In this document: positions 22,556 through 30,717 of the stretch, piece after piece
Layout of the letters: each line of letters starts with the position of its first letter
Numbering within the stretch: the first letter of the stretch is position 1
Source of the DNA: an uncultured Candidatus Rokubacteria bacterium
Lineage (GTDB): Bacteria > Methylomirabilota > Methylomirabilia > Rokubacteriales > CSP1-6
Reading direction: 5' to 3'
NCBI GenBank assembly: GCA_963789955.1
Contig: CAWBMV010000017.1
Coordinates: forward strand, 1 to 64,000
Length of the DNA: 64,000 nt
Made by a program: the position numbers and the translations under genes
Notes under the pieces: model-generated
Database searches by the model: none
Seen by the model: the letters and a program-made list of their open reading frames with translations, nothing else
What the model was told of the DNA's origin: nothing

Positions 22556-22963
22556 CTACGGCAGGCTGACGGTGGTCCCGTCGCCCGACGCGGAGATGTT
22601 GAAGGTACCGGCCGCGCTGTTGGGCGAGTACTGGTACTGCTGCCAGCCCGTGGGCGGACTCGGGATCGAGGCCATGAACGGACCGGCGGTCTGGCCCTGG
22701 CCGTTGCTCGCGACCCCCGTGAGGTCGCTGAGGGCGTTGGCCACGTTACCCATGTGGGCGCTGTAGATCGAGACAGCCGACGCGAGGGCTCGGGAGTCGG
22801 CCTGAGCCTTGGCGACCCGCGCGCGCGCCTGCACGTTGGCGTAGAGCGGGATGGCGATGGCCGCCAGGATGCCGATGATCGCGACGACGATCATCAGCTC
22901 GATGAGAGTGAAGCCTCGCTGGGTCGCTACCGTGAGCCGCTTCTTCGTCCACCACTGACACAT
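22556..22963 (-). CDS. type IV pilin / pseudopilin family protein (prepilin N-terminal cleavage/methylation domain)
   Basis: 'QRGFTLIELMIVVAIIGILAAIAIPLY' (G^FTLIE motif with Glu+5). 135 aa. Own sigma-54 promoter and intrinsic terminator. Confidence 0.75.
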   Translation of the reverse strand: MCQWWTKKRLTVATQRGFTLIELMIVVAIIGILAAIAIPLYANVQARARVAKAQADSRALASAVSIYSAHMGNVANALSDLTGVASNGQGQTAGPFMASIPSPPTGWQQYQYSPNSAAGTFNISASGDGTTVSLP

Positions 22964-23022
22964 GTGAGAGCCCCCTATCTGAGCGCGTTGAGTTAGGTGA
23001 TCGTCCGGTGACGTTTTGGAGG

Positions 23023-23038
23023 TGCAGCTTCAGTGCCA
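23023..23038 (-). promoter_or_regulatory. sigma-54 (RpoN) promoter TGGCAC-N5-CTGCA upstream of the pilin-like gene
   Basis: Minus-strand sequence 'gacgTGGCACtgaagCTGCAcc', about 60 nt upstream of ATG 22963. RBS 'agatagggggctctcacATG'. Confidence 0.6.
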
Positions 23039-23271
23039 CGTCGAAGCAAAAACGACAACGACGGCTTAGCGGGCATTTGAGCGCGTCGAAGGTTCGTTCG
23101 ATCGCCAAAGTGCGTCCAACTCTGGCCACCAGGACGGCACGACCGATATTGTGGAACCACTGGACAGATTCGTTCCACGCTACGCCGAACCGCGTGAAAC
23201 AACGCGCGAGCCCACGCGAGCAAGAGAGCTGCGTTTCCGGTAACCGCCGCGCAGCGTGTACAGTCAAGGCA

Positions 23272-24552
23272 ATGTCCGGGGGATCGGAAGCTACGGAAGG
23301 AGTCCGAGGGCTCGCGCCGACGCCCCGGCCGGTACGACTCGGAGCCCTCCGCCACCGCGATTTCCGATTATTCTGGATCGGCCAGCTCGTCTCGCAGATC
23401 GGCACGTGGATGCAGAGTGTCGCGCAGGCCTGGCTCGTCCTGGAGCTGACCAAGTCCCCGCTCCAGCTCGGATTCGTGAGCGCGTTGCAGTTCGCCCCGG
23501 TCCTGCTGCTGTCGCCGATCGGAGGCGTGCTGAGTGACCGCTTCCCTAAACGCCGGGTGTTGCTCATCAGCCAAACGGCGATGCAGCTCCAGGCGTTCGT
23601 GCTGGCGGCGCTCGTCTGGAGCGGGCGTATCCAGTACTGGCACGTCGCGGTCCTCGCGCTGATCTACGGGCTGGGCCGCGCCATCGACATCCCGGCGCGG
23701 CAGTCGTACATCACGGATCTGGTCGGCCGATCCGATCTGGCCAACGCCGTCGCGCTCAACTCGATGGTCATGAACGGGGCACGCATCGTCGGCCCGGCGG
23801 TCGCGGGGCTCCTCATTGCCGCGTTCGGCGTGGCGCTCGCCTTTTTCCTGAACGGGGTGAGCTTCGTCGCGGTCCTGGTGGCGCTGGTGGCGATCCGTAC
23901 AGAAGGCCGTCCCGACGTCAACGGCCGCCTCGGGATCAGGGAAGGCGTGCTCGGAGCGTTGAGCTACGCCGCGGCGACTCCACCGGTCGCGTTCACGCTC
24001 GGGCTGATGGTCGTGGTGAGTCTCATGGTGCTCAACTTCAACGTCATCGTTCCTCTCGTGGCTCGCAACGTCCTGAACCTGGATGCCCATGGATTTGGGC
24101 TTCTGATGTCCGCGCTGGGCGCCGGCGCCGTCGCCGGAGCATTCGGTGTCGCGCTCTTGCGACGCGGCGAGCCGCCGTTGGGATTTCTGGTCGGCTCGGG
24201 CGCGACGCTCTGCGCCGGTCTCGTCGCGCTGGCGACGGTGAGCCACTTCGGTCTGGCCGCGGCGGTGCTGGCGCTCCTGGGCTGCTGTCAGATTCTCTTC
24301 ACCACCGGCTGCAACACCACCTTGCAGCTCATGGCGCCCAACGAGCTCCGCGGGCGCGTGATGGGACTCTATACCGTGACGTTCGCGGGCATGACCCCTT
24401 TTGGCTCCCTGCTAATCGGCTACGTCGCCGAGCACCAGGGCGTGCGCGCCGCGTGTGCGGCGGGTGGCGCGATCGGTTTGCTGGGTGTGGCAATCCTGGT
24501 GGCGATCGCGCACCGAGCGGGCATCGCCTGGACTCACGGGCGCACGCTGTAG
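23272..24552 (+). CDS. MFS transporter (12 TM)
   Basis: 'LGALRHRDFRLFWIGQLVSQIGTWMQSVAQAWLVLELT' and 'LSPIGGVLSDRFPKRRVLL' (MFS motif A-like). 427 aa from ATG 23272. Confidence 0.8.
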   Translation: MSGGSEATEGVRGLAPTPRPVRLGALRHRDFRLFWIGQLVSQIGTWMQSVAQAWLVLELTKSPLQLGFVSALQFAPVLLLSPIGGVLSDRFPKRRVLLISQTAMQLQAFVLAALVWSGRIQYWHVAVLALIYGLGRAIDIPARQSYITDLVGRSDLANAVALNSMVMNGARIVGPAVAGLLIAAFGVALAFFLNGVSFVAVLVALVAIRTEGRPDVNGRLGIREGVLGALSYAAATPPVAFTLGLMVVVSLMVLNFNVIVPLVARNVLNLDAHGFGLLMSALGAGAVAGAFGVALLRRGEPPLGFLVGSGATLCAGLVALATVSHFGLAAAVLALLGCCQILFTTGCNTTLQLMAPNELRGRVMGLYTVTFAGMTPFGSLLIGYVAEHQGVRAACAAGGAIGLLGVAILVAIAHRAGIAWTHGRTL

Positions 24553-24570
24553 GCGCGCCCGCCGGCGCCG

Positions 24571-26013
24571 CTACTCGTCGTTCAGGAGATCGCGCACCCG
24601 GTCCATCATCTCGTCCTTTGGATAGATGGCGCCGAGCGCGCGGGCGCGGGTCAGCGGATCGCTGGCGAAGAAGCGCTCGTAGAGCACCTGGCGGCTGCCG
24701 AAGGCGCTCCCGGCGACGTCCCAGGCCAGGCGGAAGAGCTTCACCCGATCCCGAGCCGAGGCGGTGTCGGTCGCCAGATACTGCTCGATCTCGGGCGCGA
24801 GCGGGCCTTTGAAGTCGGCTTCGGTCGGCGTGATCATGAAGCTGCTCGAGCCGAGGAGCTGCAGGATCTCGACCATCCGCGGATAGGCGGTCATGAACAA
24901 GTTGCGCGTGCTCTCGGCCGGAAGCGCGGCGGGGCACATGACGCCCCACTCGTCGAGCTTCGCGTCGGCCTCGGCCGCCCGCATGCACGATCGGGTCAGC
25001 TCCGTGTAGAGCATCAGCTCGGCCAGACGCTCCTCGGAGTGGGGCAGGTGGGCGTTGCCGAGCGTCTTCGTCATCAGGAGCGCCAGCCCGAGCACGAACT
25101 CGCACTTGGCGAGATTCTTGGCCGCGCCCTGGTGGGCCGTGTGGGTCATCGAGTGCGTGCTCGTCGCCGTCGCGTTCAAGAGATCGACGTCACCCAGCAG
25201 GAACACGCGCTCCCACGGCACCAGCACGTCGTTGAAGAAGACGACGCAGTCCATCTCCTCGAAGCGCGAGCCGAGCGGGTGCTCGAAGTGCGACCGCCCG
25301 AGGTCGAAGCTCTCCCGGCACAGGAACTTGAGCCCTGGTGTCGCGCAGGGGATCGCGAAGTTCAGCGCGAACGGGCTGTGCGTCTCGGTGTGCCGCGCGA
25401 CCCGCGGGGAGTAGACGGCGATCTCGTCCGAAAGTGGTCCGAGCGTCGCCAGGATCCGCGCGCCGCGCACGACGATGCCGGCGTCGGTCTCGCGGATCAC
25501 CTGGAGCGCCGTGCCTTCCTCGAGATTGAAGACGCCGCTGGCGGTACGGCTCCGTTGAAGGTTGATCAGCGAATGGGTCAGGGTGAGGTCGCGCTCGCTG
25601 ATGTAGTCGTAGTAGCGGCGGATGTTCTCGCCGAACTCGGGCCGGCCTCGGGCGAAGTATCGCGCCGCCGCGGCCCAGGCGGCGAAGGTGACGTTCATGA
25701 AGTCGGGCGAGCGGCCCATCATCCCGCAGGTGGTCCGCGCCCAGCGCAGCATCATCGCGCCCCGGCGCGCCAGCTCGTCCTGGGTGCGCGGGATGATGAA
25801 GGAGAGTCCCAGGCGCTCGCCGCTGGTCGGCGAGACGAACGTCATCTCGTCGCGCAGCTCGTGCTGCAGGTCGTACAGCGACGCGATCGCACGCACCCCG
25901 TTGGCGAGACCGGGGTGCGTGGTGACGTCCTTGACGCGCTCGCCGCGCAGCCAGACCTCGCACTCCTGAGCCTGGAGGCCCTTGATGTACTCGGCGCCTG
26001 TCCGCGCGGCCAT
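24571..26013 (-). CDS. HpaB-family flavin-dependent monooxygenase (4-hydroxyphenylacetate 3-hydroxylase oxygenase-component family)
   Basis: 480 aa with full-length similarity pattern to the HpaB/4-hydroxybutyryl-CoA dehydratase fold ('YIKGLQ...VKDVTTHP', 'MLRWARTTCGMMGRSPDF'). Confidence 0.75.
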   Translation of the reverse strand: MAARTGAEYIKGLQAQECEVWLRGERVKDVTTHPGLANGVRAIASLYDLQHELRDEMTFVSPTSGERLGLSFIIPRTQDELARRGAMMLRWARTTCGMMGRSPDFMNVTFAAWAAAARYFARGRPEFGENIRRYYDYISERDLTLTHSLINLQRSRTASGVFNLEEGTALQVIRETDAGIVVRGARILATLGPLSDEIAVYSPRVARHTETHSPFALNFAIPCATPGLKFLCRESFDLGRSHFEHPLGSRFEEMDCVVFFNDVLVPWERVFLLGDVDLLNATATSTHSMTHTAHQGAAKNLAKCEFVLGLALLMTKTLGNAHLPHSEERLAELMLYTELTRSCMRAAEADAKLDEWGVMCPAALPAESTRNLFMTAYPRMVEILQLLGSSSFMITPTEADFKGPLAPEIEQYLATDTASARDRVKLFRLAWDVAGSAFGSRQVLYERFFASDPLTRARALGAIYPKDEMMDRVRDLLNDE

Positions 26014-26021
26014 GGGTGGCT

Positions 26022-27565
26022 CCCTGATCCGCTACTTGAGCTTCATATCCTCGCAGGGCGCGGCGTACGGATAGCCCTGGATCAGACCCGGCGCCCGAAA
26101 CCTCGACCCGCGAGCTCACGCCCCAGATGAATCCTTGCTGGAAGATCGGCGCCACCATCGCCTGATCGATGACGATCTTCTGGATCTGATGGAGCGTCGC
26201 CTCCCGCTTCTTGCGGTCGAGCTCCTTGGCCTGCTGCTGGAAGAGGTCGTCGATCTCGGGCAGCGAGCCGTACGCGTAGAGGCCGCCCTTGGTGAAGAAC
26301 GGCTCGAGTCGGGCCGCCGCGTTGCCCGCCGCACCGGTCGCGCCGATGAGGAGCCCTTTCAGCTTCTTCTCGTGCCACGTGGTCATGAAGGTCGCGCGCT
26401 CCATGGTCCGCACCTTGGTGCGGATGCCGATGCCCTGGAGATAGCCGCCCACCGTCTCGGCGAGCGACGTGTAGGGCGGGAGCGGCGTGAGGTCGCCCGC
26501 GTCGAAGCCGTTGGGATAGCCGGCCTCGGTCATGAGCTGCTTGGCGCGCTTGGTATCGAGCGGCGGCGGCTCGACCTTGAGCGCGAAGTCGAACTCCGGC
26601 GGCACGAACCCTCCGGTGGCTTTGCCGTAGCCCAGCATCTCGGCCTGGTTGATTGCGGCGCGATCGATGACGAGGCTCGCCGCCTGGCGGACGCGCTTGT
26701 CGTGCCACGGAGACTTCGGGTCCCACTGATCGAGGAAGTCGAGCCAGTAGATGCCGTAGAGCAGGGGAGCCGTGATCCTGACTCCGGGCGTGCGCTTGCA
26801 GCTCCTCGGCGATCGCGCCGACGAAGAGGTACGCGATGTCCACCTCACCGGTCTTCACCGCCGCGGCTCGCGTGCTCTCGTCGGGGATGCTCCTCATGAC
26901 GATGCGCTTCACCTGCGGCGCCTTACGCCAGTAGTCGGGGAACGCCTCGAGCACGAGCTCGATGCCGGGCTGGAACGAGACGAACTTGAACGGGCCGGCG
27001 CCGACCGGCGCCTTCTTGTATCCCTCTTCGCCCACCTTCTCGACGTACTTCTTGGGCACGATCCAGGAGGCGCCGGTGGCCGAGGTGCCGTAGAAGGCGA
27101 TGAAGTCCGGCCATGCCTCCTTGAGCACGAAGCGTACGCGGTTCGGGGCGACGACCTGGACCTCCTTCACCTTGTCCTTGAGCAATCGGGCCGACGCGCC
27201 CTTATACCGCTCGAAGGTGAACTTCACGTCCTCGGCGGTCACTGGATCCCCGTTGTGGAACTTGGCGTTCTTGCGCAAGACGAAGTCGTAGGTGATGCCG
27301 TCTTTGGAGACGGACCACGACTCGGCGAGACTCGGTGTGCTGATGTTGCCGGGCATCGGCTTCACCAGCGCGTCGTGGAGCGCATACAGCACCATGAACG
27401 GCGTGATCAGCGCTTCGGTCTCGCCCGGATCGAGCCAGCGCGAGACCAGGGTCACGTGGACGCCCCAGACCATCGTCCCCGGCTCCGGCGCCGCGAGCGC
27501 CGGGGTGACGACCGAGAAGGCCAGGAGAACGACGAGCAGGACGCCGAGCCACGAGCGGACGACGC
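26022..27565 (-). pseudogene. ABC transporter substrate-binding protein family 5 (Dpp/Opp-like) with at least 3-4 frameshifts
   Basis: Start 'MRRP' is in one frame and the signal peptide 'SWLGVLLVVLLAFSVVTPALAAPEPGT' in another. Body is split between ORFs 26082..27473 and 25190..26848. The canonical C-terminus 'GLIQGYPYAAPCEDMKLK*' is in a further frame ending at 26022. Confidence 0.7.
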
Positions 27566-27566
27566 A

Positions 27567-28835
27567 TCAGGACACCTCCAACGGTGTTGGAACGCGGGCG
27601 GCGGTGCGCTCGTTGGCGGGCGCCGCCGAGTCGGGGAAGGCCATACTCACAGGCGCATTGGCCTCGAAGGGGCTCCAGAGGCCGAGCTCTTTTCCGATTT
27701 CTCTCAGGGCGGGCAGCACTTCCTCGCCCATGAGCCGGATGCACGTCCGCGTATCCGCGCTCGAGACGAATCCATCGGCCGCCCAGAAGCCGAGGATGGA
27801 CGGCCGCGTCTCCTCGAGCAGCCGCCGGAGCTTCGGGATCACGGTCTTGGGCGTCCCCGCGACGATCATCTGACTGTTGATCTGATCCTCGAAGGACGAG
27901 CCGCGGGGATTGGATCGGCGCCCGACCGCGTATTCGACGAACTGGGTCCGGATCGAGGGTGAGAAGTAGCCGGACGGCGTCGACCAGACCGGGTGCGCCA
28001 GGCCGGTGAACTCGCCCTGCATCCACATGAACTGCCGCGCGTTCTCCAGGGCCTTCTCCTCGGTTTCAGCGACGTGGCAGCGCTGGAGATAGCCGCGGTA
28101 CTCGGGGCCGCCGGCGTAGCCGGTCTCCTGCGCGACCGAATCGTAGAGCTCCCAGATCTTCTTGGTCGCATCGATCGCGGTGCTCAGCGCGATGTACGGG
28201 TAGCGCTTCTTCGCCGCCCAGATGATCGTTTCCTTGCTGAGCACGCCGGGAATCCAGACCCGTGGGTGCGGCTTCTGCAGCGGCACCGCCCACGGGTTCA
28301 CGACGCGATGCTGGTAGTGGGCCCCTTCCCACCGGAACGGCCCGGGCTGCGTCCACGCCCGCACGATCAGCTCGTGCGCCTCCTCGAAGCGCTCGCGGTT
28401 GAAGGCGGGGTTGACGCCGGTGGCGAGCTGCTCCTGGCCGCCGCCGCGCACGAACCCAGACACGAGCCGCCCGCGCGAGACCATGTCGATCATCGCGAGC
28501 TCTTCGGCGAGCCGCACGGGGTTGTCGGCGAGCGGCAGCGGGTTGCCGAGCAGGACGATCTTCACGCGCCGGGTCGTGGCCGCCAGGATCGACGCGAAGA
28601 CGTTGCACTTGGCCTGCATACAGAACGGCGCGTTGTGGTGCTCGTTGAGCATGATGCCGTCGAAGCCGACGTTCTCGGCCAGCCGGTAGTGCTCGAGGTA
28701 CTCGTTGTAGAGGCGGCTGCCGGCGGCCGGATCGAAGTGGCGATTGGAGAACATGAGGGCGGTCGCCCCGAACTCCCGGCCTTCGGCCTCGGGGTACGCC
28801 GACATTGGCTGCTCGGTGAAGTACATGAGATGCAT
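27567..28835 (-). CDS. LLM-class (luciferase-like) flavin-dependent oxidoreductase
   Basis: ATG at 28835 with aaggaga RBS. Luciferase-like TIM-barrel signature ('FDGIMLNEHH', 'LGNPLPLADNPVRLAEELAMIDMVSRGRL'). Confidence 0.8.
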   Translation of the reverse strand: MHLMYFTEQPMSAYPEAEGREFGATALMFSNRHFDPAAGSRLYNEYLEHYRLAENVGFDGIMLNEHHNAPFCMQAKCNVFASILAATTRRVKIVLLGNPLPLADNPVRLAEELAMIDMVSRGRLVSGFVRGGGQEQLATGVNPAFNRERFEEAHELIVRAWTQPGPFRWEGAHYQHRVVNPWAVPLQKPHPRVWIPGVLSKETIIWAAKKRYPYIALSTAIDATKKIWELYDSVAQETGYAGGPEYRGYLQRCHVAETEEKALENARQFMWMQGEFTGLAHPVWSTPSGYFSPSIRTQFVEYAVGRRSNPRGSSFEDQINSQMIVAGTPKTVIPKLRRLLEETRPSILGFWAADGFVSSADTRTCIRLMGEEVLPALREIGKELGLWSPFEANAPVSMAFPDSAAPANERTAARVPTPLEVS

Positions 28836-29644
28836 CAGGCGTCTCCTTGGCTCACGAAATCGGTGACGAGCCGCGCAAGCTCGGTGGGTTTCTCCATCTC
28901 GACGAAGTGGCCGGCGCCCTCGAGGACCTCGAGGCGCGCCCGGGGCAGCGCTTTGGCGTAGCGCTCGCCGCATTCGAGGGGCACGATGCGATCGTCGCGC
29001 CCCCAGACGACCAGGGTGGGCGTGGCGATGCCGCCGAGGAGATGCGGCAAGGAAGCGTTGTACATGTAGGGCTTCCACGCGATGCGGAAAGACATCTCGC
29101 GATTCAAGTCCCAGTGCTCGAGCCGGCTGGTCTCCGGCTCGGCGCCGAAGAGACGATCGAACGCGCTCTGATCGCTGAACCCGAGCCGCACGTAGTCGAT
29201 ATACGAGACGAGCGCCTGGTCAGCGATCACGCCGCGATCGGGCTTGAGACCCATGGCGCCCACGAGGACGAGCTTGCGGAACGCGCGCGGGGCCTGCGTC
29301 GCCATCTCCGCCGCGACCCAGCCACCGAAGCCGAGCCCGACCACCGTGACGGCCTGCGGCGCGCGCGTGATCGCGAGCTCGCCGAGCAGCCACTGGTGCA
29401 CGGCGGCCAGATCGCGGACGTTGCGCATCCACTGGGGACGCTCGGATCCGTCGTACCCGGGGTGCGACGGCACGAGCACGGTGAAGCGGCGCGCGAGCGC
29501 ATCGTAGAAGGGTAGACGCGGGAGTGTGCCCACGTCGTGATGAAGCACGAGAAGAGGCGGACCGTCGCCTGCTCGGGCGACCTGCACGGCGACTCCGCCG
29601 ATCGGAATGGTCTCTGAGGTCCAGGTGCCGGCTGACGTGCTCAC
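28835..29644 (-). CDS. alpha/beta-fold hydrolase
   Basis: 'LLVLHHDVG', nucleophile elbow 'VGLGFGGWVA', C-terminal 'GAGHFVEME'. Stop overlaps the LLM start (ATGA). Confidence 0.8.
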   Translation of the reverse strand: MSTSAGTWTSETIPIGGVAVQVARAGDGPPLLVLHHDVGTLPRLPFYDALARRFTVLVPSHPGYDGSERPQWMRNVRDLAAVHQWLLGELAITRAPQAVTVVGLGFGGWVAAEMATQAPRAFRKLVLVGAMGLKPDRGVIADQALVSYIDYVRLGFSDQSAFDRLFGAEPETSRLEHWDLNREMSFRIAWKPYMYNASLPHLLGGIATPTLVVWGRDDRIVPLECGERYAKALPRARLEVLEGAGHFVEMEKPTELARLVTDFVSQGDA

Positions 29645-29739
29645 GGTAGCGGAAGCTCCTTCGCCGCGCGGGCTGGAGCCCCGCTCGACGCCTGCTCAGA
29701 CTACCCGCTTCGCGGCGGGACTGGCAAACGCGGTTTTTT

Positions 29740-29901
29740 GTGGTGGTCGTGGGGCGGGGCGTGGGTGGGGGGTGCGGGACCACGCGGCATGCGTGCGCCG
29801 GCCCGCGGCGGCTGGGCTCCATCCCGGCGCGCGGCGATCCGCCGTACGCTTGGAGGGAACGGGTCCCGCACCCCCCACCCACGCCCCGCCCCACGACCAC
29901 C
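29740..29901. repeat. perfect 41-bp inverted repeat pair (G-rich arm / C-rich arm) separated by 80 bp, MITE- or cruciform-like element
   Basis: Arm 1 at 29740-29780 is 'gtggtggtcgtggggcggggcgtgggtggggggtgcgggacc'. Arm 2 at 29861-29901 is its exact reverse complement. Confidence 0.9.
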
Positions 29902-30024
29902 ACCCTGGTGACGCGAGCCTAGAACCCGGAAAGTGCATAGACACAAGACGGCTGTCGGCGAAGAGTGGACGCGAGTGGCTATTGGACTCGAGCGGTGCTG
30001 CGGTCGAAGCCGAGGACGAGTTGG

Positions 30025-30321
30025 CTAGTTGGGGAGGTTGGCGGCGGGGGGTTGGGGGGCGGGGGGTGGAGGGAGGAGCTGATAGGCCGGGTGGGCGGGG
30101 CGGCTTCGAAGGACTGTGATCGTGATGTTTTGGGAGAGGAGCCAGTCCTGGACAGAGGACCAGCTTCGCGGATCGTCGCGCTCCCAGCGCGCGATCGCTT
30201 CGGCCTCGATCGCGATGGCCGTGCGATTTCGCAAGAGGGCGCTGATGACGAGCCGCTTCAGGTCGGTCGGACTGGTTTCGAGCTCGCGAAGCAGATTTTC
30301 GGTCGCGGCGTCCATATCCAC
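30025..30321 (-). CDS. small hypothetical protein in a low-GC islet. C-terminal Pro-rich tail encoded by the G-rich tract
   Basis: 'MDMDAATENLLRELETSPTDLKRLVISALLRNRTAIAIEAEAIARWERDDPRSWSSVQDWLLSQNITI..'. Local GC is clearly lower than the surroundings. Confidence 0.3.
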   Translation of the reverse strand: MDMDAATENLLRELETSPTDLKRLVISALLRNRTAIAIEAEAIARWERDDPRSWSSVQDWLLSQNITITVLRSRPAHPAYQLLPPPPAPQPPAANLPN

Positions 30322-30411
30322 GCGAAGCCTAGCCTAACCGTCATGTCAATGGCGCGGGGATAAGAGTTCACGACATCCAGGGTCGGTATGCCAGTATCGA
30401 CGAAAGGCGCC

Positions 30412-30717
30412 ATGGCTGAACCGTCACATCCGTCGGGGCGTCCCCTCGAGCTCGAAGATCGGCGCTCCCGCGCCCCCGCCGAAACAGCGTCGAAGAGACC
30501 GATGCCGGTGTCGCCGCTCGCGATGGAGCGATGGGCGATCGTGCTCAGGCGTCATCGTGCAGGCTACGCGGGCTACGAGCAGGTCGATCCTCGGGCGCTC
30601 GCGCTGGCGCGGCGCAGTCATCCGGCGGACACGAGCATGTTGAAGTCGCTGGTGGGTCGTCTCCGGTCGCTTGGACAGGGCCGCAAGGGCGAGCCCAGGC
30701 CGTCGAAGTCGGCGTGA
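30412..30717 (+). CDS. small Arg-rich hypothetical protein translationally coupled to the patatin gene
   Basis: ATG 30412 with gaaagg RBS. Stop TGA overlaps the GTG of the downstream gene (gGTGAg). Confidence 0.4.
   Translation: MAEPSHPSGRPLELEDRRSRAPAETASKRPMPVSPLAMERWAIVLRRHRAGYAGYEQVDPRALALARRSHPADTSMLKSLVGRLRSLGQGRKGEPRPSKSA

Noticed and set aside
23231-23250. Shared GTTACCGG / CCGGTAAC core between the IS end-modules (6415-6426, 7667-7690, 7716-7733) and the MFS upstream region.
   Set aside because: Only an 8-9-mer is shared. About two chance occurrences are expected in 128 kb of two-strand sequence. No extended similarity was found.
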